Virus record (IMG/VR): IMGVR_UViG_3300021426_000001
DNA from: a virus
Lineage: Duplodnaviria; Caudoviricetes
Strand: one strand, 5' to 3'
Length of the DNA: 64,000 nucleotides
Part shown: positions 36,800-45,861 of the stretch, piece after piece
Numbering within the stretch: position 1 is the first letter of the stretch
Layout of the letters: every line of letters starts with the position of its first letter
The notes under the pieces: model-generated
Database searches by the model: none
The model's input: the letters and a program-made list of their open reading frames with translations, nothing else
What the model was told of the DNA's origin: nothing
Made by a program: the position numbers and the translations under genes

Positions 36800-37504
36800 T
36801 TAGCGTGAGATCTTCTTCCACTCAGCCATGAACTCCTTCAGAGCCTCGGTCACAGCCTTAGTGCCCTGAGCGTCAAGCTTCTTCTGGAACTCTTCGTGAG
36901 CTGGCTCGATCAGAGCGCCGATCTGGTCAGGCGTCTTAGTAACCAGACGCTCGACATAGAGGTTCGTAGACTCGTTGAGAACCCACTCGTAGGACTCGTT
37001 CACTGCGTTCACGTAAGCGTCTGGACAGCTCGGTCCATAGACTGCGTCGATCGTGATGAGGTGGAAGTTAGACTCGACGATTCCAGTCTTCTTGTCCACG
37101 TCTCCGACTCCACGTGAAGAGACGCCCATTCTCACGTCCTTGAGAAGGTTAGCGAGCATGTGACCGTTCGGCATGTAGTCTAGTACTTTAGCCTTTCCGA
37201 GAGCGAAGTCTTCGTCCATTCTCAGCTTGATGATCTTGATAGCGGCTTCCTTCGGGTTGACCTTGGAAGTCTCTGGGTGCTCAAGCTCGCCAAGTGCCTC
37301 GTTCGTTGCGATGAGGTCGTTGAATCTGTTTACTTCGCGCTCAAGAATCTCTCTGTGATACAGTCTGCCGTTACGGTTTCTCTTCTCGGCGCCCATGAAG
37401 ACGCCCTCAATGTAGAGGGTCTTTCCATCATCGCCACCGTTGTGATCGACAGTCAGATCGTTGATGAAGCCCTCGTTCAATAGCTTTTTAGGTTGTTCTG
37501 CCAT
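36800..37504 (-). CDS. prohead core protease (T4 gp21-like)
   Basis: LYIEGVF, NRNGRLY, GELEHP, GVSSRGVG, DAVYGPS motifs; late promoter upstream. Confidence 0.92.
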   Translation of the reverse strand: MAEQPKKLLNEGFINDLTVDHNGGDDGKTLYIEGVFMGAEKRNRNGRLYHREILEREVNRFNDLIATNEALGELEHPETSKVNPKEAAIKIIKLRMDEDFALGKAKVLDYMPNGHMLANLLKDVRMGVSSRGVGDVDKKTGIVESNFHLITIDAVYGPSCPDAYVNAVNESYEWVLNESTNLYVERLVTKTPDQIGALIEPAHEEFQKKLDAQGTKAVTEALKEFMAEWKKISR

Positions 37505-37536
37505 TTTACAGCTCCTTAAGAACTCTTATTACCTAT

Positions 37537-37544
37537 TATTTATA
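37537..37544 (-). promoter_or_regulatory. T4-type late promoter TATAAATA
   Basis: exact match upstream of prohead protease. Confidence 0.75.
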
Positions 37545-37555
37545 TGGCAGAAAAC

Positions 37556-37628
37556 TGTCTCAATTCTCGCTAAACACAAGAAAATCGAGACATTATGTCT
37601 CGATTCTTGTCTCGATTCTGTCTCAATT
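37556..37628. repeat. TGTCTC(A/G)ATT repeats (4 direct, 1 inverted)
   Basis: copies at 37556, 37596, 37608, 37619; inverted 37583-37592. Confidence 0.75.
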
Positions 37629-38140
37629 TACTTGAGTTCGATCTGCTCGCAGGTGATTCCGTTCTGTCGGAGATATTCCACTCCTGACGTATCATCATAC
37701 TTCTCAAGATAGTAGACTTCCTTGACTCCAGATGTCAGGATCAGCTTGCAGCAGTTCAGACACGGACTCGTGGTCAAGAACAGCTGTGCGCCCGTGATGT
37801 CGGTGTTGTTTCTCAGAGCGAAGCCCAAGCAGTTCATCTCTGCGTGAATCTCGAACTTGTCTGCGAACTCGTGATGGACCTTTCGGTACTGCTCGTAAGT
37901 GAGCTGGCGAACCTTGATCTTCTGGCCTGGAATTCTCTCATTGAAGTTGAAAGATCCGTCAGGATTTCTCGTGAAGATCTTGTTGCACTCCATAGCGCCC
38001 TTAGCGACTCCGTTGTAGCCAGAGCTGAGAATTCTAGAGTCTTTCACCAAGATTGCAGCTACCTGCAAGCGTGAGCAGGTAGAGTATGTTCTAAGCGAGT
38101 TCAGAACGTCGACATAGAAGCGGTTGAACTTACTTAACAT
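37628..38140 (-). CDS. dCMP deaminase
   Basis: STCSRLQVAA, SGYNG, HAEMN, SPCLNC zinc motifs. Confidence 0.92.
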   Translation of the reverse strand: MLSKFNRFYVDVLNSLRTYSTCSRLQVAAILVKDSRILSSGYNGVAKGAMECNKIFTRNPDGSFNFNERIPGQKIKVRQLTYEQYRKVHHEFADKFEIHAEMNCLGFALRNNTDITGAQLFLTTSPCLNCCKLILTSGVKEVYYLEKYDDTSGVEYLRQNGITCEQIELK

Positions 38141-39002
38141 TGACTCTCTCCATGCTGCTGAATGCGTTAGCGTATTGAGGAGACTTGTCGAAGAGGTTCA
38201 TGCAGTCAGCTGCTTGGAAGAAGTTGATCACGTCTCTCTTAGACATCGGCTCCCACTTGTAGTTCTTGAGCTCGTCGATGACGGCGGTCTCTACCTCGAT
38301 AGGAATTCTGTCGAAGTCTATGAGAGTCTTGTTTCTCTCGAACTCAGCTCTCACGCCCTCTTTCTCGATCCACTCTTCGAGACCCTCGTCGATGATCTTC
38401 GGAGCGGTCTTTGTGGAGACTCTAGCCTTGACGTGAGGAACGCCGTCACCCTTGTCGCCGACGATCACTTTCTCTAGGAGATAGCGCTCTGGGTTGAGAA
38501 CTTCGACGTACTTTCTCTTGATCGGGTGGAACTGACGATAGCCCGGATATTTCAGAAGCTGGTAGAAGTCTCGGTCGGTAGAGACGCAGATCACGTCGTA
38601 GTCTGGAGTGAGATGCTTCGTGAGTGAAGCGACGACATCGTCTCCCTCTGCTCTCGGCACCCTGATCTGGTAGATGTTCGGCATGTACTGTCTGAGAAGC
38701 GAGCAGAAGCTGTCGAACATCGGATAGTAAGTCTCGAAGTCCATCTTTGCTTTAGCTTTCTCTTCCTTTCGGTGAGACTTGTACTGGTCGAACACTTCGT
38801 AGCGCCAGCACTTCTTGCCCTCCATAGCGAGAATCATGGACGTGGCTTCAGTTTCTCTCATCAGCCATACGAACTTTTCGAGGATCTCGCTCTTCCATCT
38901 CACGTAGCGAGTGTCTGTCGGGTCGTCCCTGTAGCACGCCATAGCAGTTCTGATGCCCATGTTGGCCATGTCTATAAGGAGTATCTTTTTTCTTTCTTTC
39001 AT
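38130..39002 (-). CDS. RNase H / 5'-3' exonuclease (T4 rnh-like, FEN1 fold)
   Basis: LLID, WRY...YKSHR, EGDD, STDRDFYQL, GDKGDGVP. Confidence 0.88.
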   Translation of the reverse strand: MKERKKILLIDMANMGIRTAMACYRDDPTDTRYVRWKSEILEKFVWLMRETEATSMILAMEGKKCWRYEVFDQYKSHRKEEKAKAKMDFETYYPMFDSFCSLLRQYMPNIYQIRVPRAEGDDVVASLTKHLTPDYDVICVSTDRDFYQLLKYPGYRQFHPIKRKYVEVLNPERYLLEKVIVGDKGDGVPHVKARVSTKTAPKIIDEGLEEWIEKEGVRAEFERNKTLIDFDRIPIEVETAVIDELKNYKWEPMSKRDVINFFQAADCMNLFDKSPQYANAFSSMERVNVK

Positions 39003-39098
39003 GGTTTTACACCTATGTTGGTTGTGTTTGAAGTAAATATAGAACAAAATTTAATAAACAGTATTCTGTTTCCGCAGGGTTTTTATTATATTTTGAAC

Positions 39099-40733
39099 AT
39101 GAACATTGAATTTCCATACGAAAAGATCCGTCCGGAACAGCAAAAGTTCCTGGAAACTGTAAAAGATACTGAGAAAAAGTACATCGTCGCTCAGATGCCG
39201 ACTGGCTCTGGCAAATCAGGCATCGCTCTCTACGAGTCTCTGCTGTCCGACAACGCTTATCTGGTCGTTACCAACAAGGCGCTTCAGGATCAGTACTGGA
39301 ATGACTTCAAAGACAAGTACCCGATCAAGATGCTCAAGGGCATGAACAACTACGTCTGCCAGATCGCTACTGGCTGCCGTTGCGACCAGGGACCGTGTCA
39401 GGGCTCTGACTCTACATCCATCGGAATCAAGCGCTACTGCAAAGCCAACGACCTCTGTCCATATTACAGAACCGCTGGCGCAGCCTTCAAGTCTAAGATC
39501 TTCCTGGCTAACACCTCTATCATGAGAGCAGTCATCGGCCCGAAGCAGCTGAAGCGTCAGACGCTCATTATCGACGAAGCTCATCTCCTCGAAGACTTCC
39601 TCGTTGACTGCGGCACTATCAGATTCTCATACGATGTCGCAAGCAGAGTCCTTGAAGCTGAGAAGCGTCTCACCTCTCAGGATCTCGAATTCCTGAAGCA
39701 CGCTGAGCTAGAGTCCTCGGTCACTCCGACTGCTAAGATGGAGAAGTTCATCAGGATCTGCAAGACTCTCGTGACTGATGTCTACCACGACTTGGTGGAG
39801 TACGAGAACGAGCAGGCTAAGTCCATTCGAGACTCTGCCGTGAAGAGCGCTATCGAAGCTGCTGAGAACAAGAAGAAGCAGCGCTTCAAGCACAAGCGCG
39901 AGATCGTAGATCTGATGACGAAGCTTGAGTCCTACGAGAACGGAGGAGAAGCTAACAAGTGGGTCTACAACTGGGACAAGAAGAATCGGGCTCTCGACAT
40001 CGTTCCTCTGAACGTCGACTGGATCTTCAAGAAGTACTTTGACGGAATCGCTGACAAGATCATCTTCATGTCCGCTACAATCTTGAACTTCGCGAACTTC
40101 GCTAACACTCTCGGAATCCGCAAGGACGAGTGCTGCATCGTAGATGTCGCCTCTACCTTCGATCCGAAGAACGCGCCGATCATCAACATCGGCAACTGCG
40201 CTACGAGCTACAAGGACCTCCAGGACTCCGCTAACATGGACAAGATCGTGAAGACGGTCCAGTACATCCTCGATCAGCACAAGGGAGAACGCGGAATCAT
40301 CCACACTGGAAACATGAAGATCTCTAAGTACTTGAAGGAGAACTGCCGTGACAAGCGTCTCCTGGTCCGTCTGGATGATGTCACTAACGAAGACATTCTG
40401 GAAGAGCACAGCCTTCGCACTGACTCAGTTCTGGTCTCCTCTTCCATGACTGAGGGAATCGACCTTCACGACGACCTCTCTACATTCCAGATCATCGTTA
40501 AGCTTCCGTGGGACAGCTTGGCCAACTTGAGAACGAAGACTCTCGCTGAAGAGATCCCGCTCTGGTACTCGAACAAGATGTGGCAGAAGCTTCTTCAGGC
40601 GAGCGGCAGATCTATCCGTAGCCATACGGACTACGCAGAGACTTTCGTCTTGGACGCTTCCTTCAACTTCCAACACAAAAAGTTCTCGAGCTATCTGCCC
40701 GAGTACTTTGAAAAGCGCCTCATCAACCCGTAA
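39099..40733 (+). CDS. DinG/Rad3-like SF2 helicase with Cys cluster (likely leaderless)
   Basis: PTGSGKS, DEAH, SAT, EGIDL, QASGRSIR motifs; TATATT at 39087-39092 just before ATG. Confidence 0.88.
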   Translation: MNIEFPYEKIRPEQQKFLETVKDTEKKYIVAQMPTGSGKSGIALYESLLSDNAYLVVTNKALQDQYWNDFKDKYPIKMLKGMNNYVCQIATGCRCDQGPCQGSDSTSIGIKRYCKANDLCPYYRTAGAAFKSKIFLANTSIMRAVIGPKQLKRQTLIIDEAHLLEDFLVDCGTIRFSYDVASRVLEAEKRLTSQDLEFLKHAELESSVTPTAKMEKFIRICKTLVTDVYHDLVEYENEQAKSIRDSAVKSAIEAAENKKKQRFKHKREIVDLMTKLESYENGGEANKWVYNWDKKNRALDIVPLNVDWIFKKYFDGIADKIIFMSATILNFANFANTLGIRKDECCIVDVASTFDPKNAPIINIGNCATSYKDLQDSANMDKIVKTVQYILDQHKGERGIIHTGNMKISKYLKENCRDKRLLVRLDDVTNEDILEEHSLRTDSVLVSSSMTEGIDLHDDLSTFQIIVKLPWDSLANLRTKTLAEEIPLWYSNKMWQKLLQASGRSIRSHTDYAETFVLDASFNFQHKKFSSYLPEYFEKRLINP

Positions 40734-40742
40734 AACACAATC

Positions 40743-40778
40743 AAAATTGGCCTCATAGATTTTTATGAGGCCAATTTT
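40743..40778. terminator. bidirectional intrinsic terminator
   Basis: AAAATTGGCCTCATA/TATGAGGCCAATTTT between convergent genes. Confidence 0.85.
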
Positions 40779-40786
40779 GTTGCTAG

Positions 40787-41689
40787 TTACCAGTCTCTGC
40801 TGTGTTCGCTGCTCTCTTCGCCTTTCGCAAGGTCAGCTTCGATCTGTGAAAGGATCTTTGGTGGTACCCAGTCCTTAGAGACTAGCTTAGCCATGTCCTC
40901 TACATCATATCTGATCCTCTTTCCTGCTAGAAGATCTGCTCCTCCAATGATTCCAAATGACTTCTGGAGAGTAGCGAGATCTTTGTAGCCGATATAGCTA
41001 GGAGCGGCTCCCTCTGCAGTAATCTTCACGTAGTATGGCTGATTTATTCGCTTCAGACGCTCTCTGCGAGCCTTTCTTCTTGCTCTTCTAGCTTCTATCT
41101 GCTCAGGAGTCAGCACGGCCTCGGAAAGGAGAGGCCATGAGATAGCAGATTCATCTAGATCAGACTCCCATGGCTCGTCTTCTGGCTGTACATACTTGAT
41201 CTTAGCGTCATCGAGAGTCTTCAGAGCGTCAGAGATGTTCATCTTGCTTGCGTATTCTGGATGCTTAGCTACGTTTCTGCCCTTGAGAACTTCATAGACG
41301 TAGTAGCAGTCAGCAACAGTAGATTGCTTCTTGCTCTTTCGCCATGAAGTGTCGAGAAAGTCAGTCTCTTCTGTGTTGTCTCTCTTCCAGTCAAGACCCT
41401 CCTCCTTGATGACTTGCTTGATCTTCTTAGCAAACCATGCCCTTATCTCCTCATCCTTCATCCAGCAGAATTGGTTGTTTGGATACGAATCTCGGTAGAG
41501 GTCCTTAGATATGTGTAGAACTACTTCCCCATTCTCAAACTTAGCTTCGAAATATGGCCAATAGCCTCTAGCAGATCGGCTGTTCTCCCACATACCGTCA
41601 GACAGCTGACCTTTCACCCCATTTAGAATGTCGCACTCTTGCTGTGTCTTCAAGCCAGTCTTGATGACTCTATAATCTACATCTCTCAT
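40787..41689 (-). CDS. hypothetical protein, possible head-internal protein
   Basis: start MRDVDY after GAGG; GQLSDGMWEN motif; in late operon. Confidence 0.65.
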   Translation of the reverse strand: MRDVDYRVIKTGLKTQQECDILNGVKGQLSDGMWENSRSARGYWPYFEAKFENGEVVLHISKDLYRDSYPNNQFCWMKDEEIRAWFAKKIKQVIKEEGLDWKRDNTEETDFLDTSWRKSKKQSTVADCYYVYEVLKGRNVAKHPEYASKMNISDALKTLDDAKIKYVQPEDEPWESDLDESAISWPLLSEAVLTPEQIEARRARRKARRERLKRINQPYYVKITAEGAAPSYIGYKDLATLQKSFGIIGGADLLAGKRIRYDVEDMAKLVSKDWVPPKILSQIEADLAKGEESSEHSRDW

Positions 41690-41691
41690 TG

Positions 41692-42603
41692 TTACCTCTT
41701 CATAAATTCCAGCAGCTCTTTGCGAACTGAGTCGTAGTACTTGTCCCAGATCTCGATCACTTCCTGAACAGTCTTGTCGTCCACTTTGTCCATCTTGATC
41801 TTTGACGGATGTGAAGGAGAAGCTCTGAACACGTTCTCCTTTCCGATGTTGGCGCAGCACTCGTAGTAGTTGGATAGACCAGATCTTGCGACCCACTCAT
41901 CTAGAATGTACTCTAGCCAGCCAACAGCAGTCTTATTTCCAGAGTCAGTGTTTGGAGTGTCCATTCCAGTGTTGAACTGGAGAATCTTGAAGTTGTCGTG
42001 ACCAGAGTTCTTCAATCCAGACTCTAGAACCATTATCGGATCGTTAGCCCACATGCCGCCATCGCAGTATGAGTTCTTTCCGTCCATGATGACGTCGAAG
42101 TATGTCGGAGCTGCACAGCTAGTCAAGATAGCGAACCACTTCTCTACGTCCCCGTCTCCGAGGTCCCAGACCTTTTCGACGCTCTTTCCGTTCATGTGAG
42201 TCGTCGGAATGTAGATGGGCTTCTCCCAGTCTCTGATGTAGCCGCCGAACTTGCCTCTCAGTGCGCTTCTAGCGTCTCTGATGATTCCGATGAACTCTCG
42301 CTTCAGGATCTTCTTCAGATTAGAGTTGTCGTATGTCGGGCACTTTAGATTGAGTCTCTTGTACCACGAGTACTTGTCAAAAATCTTCTTCAGGTTTCCC
42401 TTGTAGAGATCCATGAGCTCCTGAGCAGACTTTCCCTCAGCGAGACCAGCAGCGATGATAGATCCAGTCGAAGTTCCGCCGTATGCGAAAGACACGTCAC
42501 ACAGCTTCTTTCCGAGATCTGACTCAAGTCTGCACATGAACTGAAGCGGGCCTACCCCGAGCATGCCTCCGCCATTGATCGAAATTCCCAATTTCTTACT
42601 CAT
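41692..42603 (-). CDS. patatin-like phospholipase
   Basis: NGGGMLG, GTSTG, AAPTYF, DGG motifs. Confidence 0.9.
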   Translation of the reverse strand: MSKKLGISINGGGMLGVGPLQFMCRLESDLGKKLCDVSFAYGGTSTGSIIAAGLAEGKSAQELMDLYKGNLKKIFDKYSWYKRLNLKCPTYDNSNLKKILKREFIGIIRDARSALRGKFGGYIRDWEKPIYIPTTHMNGKSVEKVWDLGDGDVEKWFAILTSCAAPTYFDVIMDGKNSYCDGGMWANDPIMVLESGLKNSGHDNFKILQFNTGMDTPNTDSGNKTAVGWLEYILDEWVARSGLSNYYECCANIGKENVFRASPSHPSKIKMDKVDDKTVQEVIEIWDKYYDSVRKELLEFMKR

Positions 42604-42700
42604 TATCTTCCTCTCTTTTGCTACCTCTGATAGCTTTGACTGCACAAACGACTGCTAGTACGATGTACAGAATGAACATGATTCCCAGAATCCACAGCAT
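42596..42700 (-). CDS. 34-aa single-TM peptide (not in ORF track)
   Basis: MLWILGIMFILYIVLAVVCAVKAIRGSKREEDNE, coupled to endolysin stop. Confidence 0.6.
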   Translation of the reverse strand: MLWILGIMFILYIVLAVVCAVKAIRGSKREEDNE

Positions 42701-43251
42701 CACTTCAGCGCCCTGTAAGTCTTTCCGTTGTCAGTGCTCATCAGGAACTTCTTTCTCTTGATGGCGCTGGCTATGTTGGTTGCGAAGCTGAATATGAGCT
42801 CAGGATCATTTCCGAGATGGATCCACTCGTTTCCAGTCTTCGGGTTCTTCTCGTAGATCACCTGACCGAATGAGACGTGATCATGCTCGACTGAGTCCTT
42901 GATGAGAAGAGCGATCTCTCTCATGCTCAGCTTGCAGTTCGAGACTACTATGTCTGCTGCGCCGAGTGTCGGAAGTCCGTTTGGCTGGAGTCCGCACAGA
43001 TGATCTGAGTTCTCAGACGGATTGTAGCCCTGCTTCTTCAATCTCGCTATGTCAGCTTTAGTTCTGACTCCAGAAGTGATCGTGATGGTCACTGGCTTAT
43101 TTCCGGACTTGTGATCCTGAAGAAGATCTCTGACGAGCTGCAGCTCTCCAGCTAGAACTCGGAGAAGTTCGACCTGATAGTCATTCACTTGCTTCGGATC
43201 ACAGAATTCCGATAGCTTGAAGTTTTCTGTAAGTTTTATGTCTTTTGCCAT
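42700..43251 (-). CDS. peptidase M15-family endolysin
   Basis: LTENFKLSEF, ITSGVR, SDH, AADI, WIHLG motifs. Confidence 0.8.
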   Translation of the reverse strand: MAKDIKLTENFKLSEFCDPKQVNDYQVELLRVLAGELQLVRDLLQDHKSGNKPVTITITSGVRTKADIARLKKQGYNPSENSDHLCGLQPNGLPTLGAADIVVSNCKLSMREIALLIKDSVEHDHVSFGQVIYEKNPKTGNEWIHLGNDPELIFSFATNIASAIKRKKFLMSTDNGKTYRALK

Positions 43252-43270
43252 TTTTAGTTAGTCCTCTTAG

Positions 43271-44155
43271 TTAGTCCCTCTCATAGAGGATTCCGCACTT
43301 GTCCAGAATCTCTAGCGCTTCGCTGACTCCAACGCCTGGAAAGTTCTTGTAGATGAATGAGCGTGCGTAAGCGTAGTATTTTCCGAAAGCAGCCTTTCCC
43401 TCTGGTGAGTCTAGAAGAGCTCTGATCTTCTTGATCGTCTCTGGATCAGCGACAGAGTCAGTGAGTCCAGTAGCTTTGACCTTCTTCTGAATAGCCCAGA
43501 ATGCGAAGACGAGCTTCTTAGCGTCTGATCCGACTTCGACTGGCTCTGCTGGTGTCTCGATGCCGTAGAACTTGTTGAATGCAGCCTTGCTCAGAACACG
43601 ACCCAGGAAGTCTCTAACCTTCGGATTGTCCTTGATGATCATGTCGTAAGTGAGCTTCTGTCCCTCTCTCTTGAAGTCTGACACGTCGCCAGAGTACATC
43701 TCTTCTGGAATCTGGAAGAGAATCTCCATGTCCCTGCCGTGAGGGTGATTCATCTCTCTGTCGTTGACGATAGAATCTTGATCTGGACCAGAGACGACGC
43801 CGAATCCGTCATATAGCTTCCATGTCGAGTCTGGACGGATCTCGCCCTGAGGAACTTCGAGGATCTTGAAGTAGATCGTTCCGTCCTCTCTCCTGCTCTC
43901 AAAGGCGCTTCCGCACTTGTTCAGAACAGTCAGATCAGGCATCTTAGCGAGCTTGTCAAGGAATTTCTTGACTGCTGGAACGACCCTCTTGCTGCTCATA
44001 TTGTGAACATCGACAGCAGAGCAGTAGGAGTCTGCATCTACGGATCCGCTTACGTGATCTCCGCGATTGCCTCTGTGCCAGCCGCTTCCGTATGATGAAT
44101 GGTGATAATAGTTGAAGCGTCCCGCTTCATTCAAATTGTCGAACATGCTTTCCAT
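43271..44155 (-). CDS. hypothetical late protein, possible head-internal protein
   Basis: directly after TATAAATA; N-terminal LNE. Confidence 0.65.
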   Translation of the reverse strand: MESMFDNLNEAGRFNYYHHSSYGSGWHRGNRGDHVSGSVDADSYCSAVDVHNMSSKRVVPAVKKFLDKLAKMPDLTVLNKCGSAFESRREDGTIYFKILEVPQGEIRPDSTWKLYDGFGVVSGPDQDSIVNDREMNHPHGRDMEILFQIPEEMYSGDVSDFKREGQKLTYDMIIKDNPKVRDFLGRVLSKAAFNKFYGIETPAEPVEVGSDAKKLVFAFWAIQKKVKATGLTDSVADPETIKKIRALLDSPEGKAAFGKYYAYARSFIYKNFPGVGVSEALEILDKCGILYERD

Positions 44156-44159
44156 GTGT

Positions 44160-44167
44160 TATTTATA
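44160..44167 (-). promoter_or_regulatory. T4-type late promoter TATAAATA
   Basis: exact match; preceded by terminator TGGCGCTGA/TCAGCGCCA at 44176-44199. Confidence 0.7.
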
Positions 44168-44205
44168 CACAAAGATGGCGCTGATTTTACTCAGCGCCAA
44201 GGATT

Positions 44206-44649
44206 TTAGTGCAGAAGTTCTAGAGTTAGAGAGATTATCGAATATGCTAGAATAGCTAGCAGAGCTGCTGAGCATAGACCGACGAAGGTGCCAGCAGACT
44301 GATAGTACCACCAGTACTCGAACTTGCATCTAGCGTTCCAGATAGACTTCTTGATTGAAGCTTTGATCTGAGCTCCGTCATACTTCAGCTTTAGACACAG
44401 CAGAGTGATCACGAGTGATGTCGCTATAGCGTAGTTGAAGTATTGAGGCCATTGCCAGAACCCCTGCTGGATGTTCGTATAGAGGATGTAAGAGGCGCTC
44501 GTCAGGTTCCCCAATAGGGAAAGTAGGACGAACAGCAAGCTGATGTCTCCAGTGCTCTTACGCTTCTTTACGCGCAGGATTTGAGGAAGGGTGCATAGTG
44601 CGAAAGACGCTGCACCTATGAATCCGAGGATAGTGAAGAATATTGTCAT
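44206..44649 (-). CDS. PQ-loop (SemiSWEET-like) membrane protein
   Basis: LPQILRVKKRKSTGDIS motif; about 4 TM helices. Confidence 0.8.
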   Translation of the reverse strand: MTIFFTILGFIGAASFALCTLPQILRVKKRKSTGDISLLFVLLSLLGNLTSASYILYTNIQQGFWQWPQYFNYAIATSLVITLLCLKLKYDGAQIKASIKKSIWNARCKFEYWWYYQSAGTFVGLCSAALLAILAYSIISLTLELLH

Positions 44650-44654
44650 ACTTC

Positions 44655-45266
44655 CTATTTATCGGACTTTTCGCTCTGCTCTTCGAAGTAGCTTCCGAGC
44701 CCCTTAATCTTAGCAGCCCAATAGCCGCAGGTCTTGAACTCGGGACAGCTGTGAAGATACTCGCACTGAGGAACTAGCACATCTTCGAACTCTGGGTTCG
44801 TCTTTAGAACAGCCATCTTGATCATCTTCATGATCTTCTGGCAGTTCTTAGAAGCCATGTGACAGAGTCTCTTTCTCGCCATGAACATGAGCTCTTGAGC
44901 GTTCACTACCATGACGTGGGAGACTAGATGTCCCTGCGGCTCCTGGTAGCGGTCGAACTTGTCCTGACGGTCATTTCTCTGCGACTGAACGAAGTGTTCA
45001 ACGCCGAGCTTGTGACGGCAGAAGCACACAGAGTCGCAGTACGGGATCTGCATGCGGATGATGAACTGAAGATAGCGAATCGGAGAGTGCTCCGACTTCA
45101 GATACTTCTTCTTCATCTCGAGTGACGGCTCCTTAGAGTCCTTCTCGTCGTAGATCTTTCCAATTGTGTTCTGCGCTAGAAAGCGTACCCAAGCCCAGTC
45201 GATAGATGTCGGGTACTTGAGCACTTCTACGCAGATTCCTTGAACTCCCTCGGGTCCACAGATCAT
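44655..45266 (-). CDS. thyX: FAD-dependent thymidylate synthase-like protein
   Basis: EHSPIR, RH...QSQR, NAQEL...RKRLC motifs. Confidence 0.7.
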   Translation of the reverse strand: MICGPEGVQGICVEVLKYPTSIDWAWVRFLAQNTIGKIYDEKDSKEPSLEMKKKYLKSEHSPIRYLQFIIRMQIPYCDSVCFCRHKLGVEHFVQSQRNDRQDKFDRYQEPQGHLVSHVMVVNAQELMFMARKRLCHMASKNCQKIMKMIKMAVLKTNPEFEDVLVPQCEYLHSCPEFKTCGYWAAKIKGLGSYFEEQSEKSDK

Positions 45267-45429
45267 CTTCCAAGCTCCTTCTTCAGTTGCGCTATCTCGT
45301 TCTCCAAGTTCATGATCTTGGAGTTGAGTTGGCTGTTGATGCGGAGAAGCGCACTATTGTCGGCGACGATCTGATTGATGTAGTTGCCGATGTTGTAGAG
45401 CGCATCTCTAGCTTCATCAGGATTGTTCA

Positions 45430-45861
45430 TTAGTTGACTCCAGTGCTTCCAAATCCGCCGCGATCAGACTGATCAGACAGATCATCTTCGACGAACTCGA
45501 TCTCTGGCTGGCGCTCGATGATTCTGAACTGGCAGATTCTCGCACCTTTCTTGATTTCGATGTCCGTAGGACCCGGGTTGAAGGCTGGGAACTTCCACTC
45601 GTCATTTGGACCGGAGTAGGAGTTGTCCACTACGCCGACCGAGTTCGTCTGAAGGATCTTGAAGTTCTTGAAGGTGGAGGATCTCGGAGCGAGATGAGCT
45701 TCATAGCCCTCTGGAAGCTTCATAGCCACGCCGAGAGGAATGAGCTTCATTCCACCAGCTGGAACGATTACGTCTTCATTAGCCTGAAGATCGATCCAGT
45801 CGCCGTTAGCGCGAACCTTGATCTTCTCTGCACCTGGAAAATACTTGATTCTGATTAGCAT
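45430..45861 (-). CDS. dut: dUTPase (trimeric)
   Basis: WIDL, PRSS, GVVDNSY, RICQ, RGGFGSTG motifs. Confidence 0.93.
   Translation of the reverse strand: MLIRIKYFPGAEKIKVRANGDWIDLQANEDVIVPAGGMKLIPLGVAMKLPEGYEAHLAPRSSTFKNFKILQTNSVGVVDNSYSGPNDEWKFPAFNPGPTDIEIKKGARICQFRIIERQPEIEFVEDDLSDQSDRGGFGSTGVN

Noticed and set aside
38772-39098. N-terminal extension of the helicase ORF
   Set aside because: Overlaps the RNase H gene and divergent promoters; start at 39099 fits better
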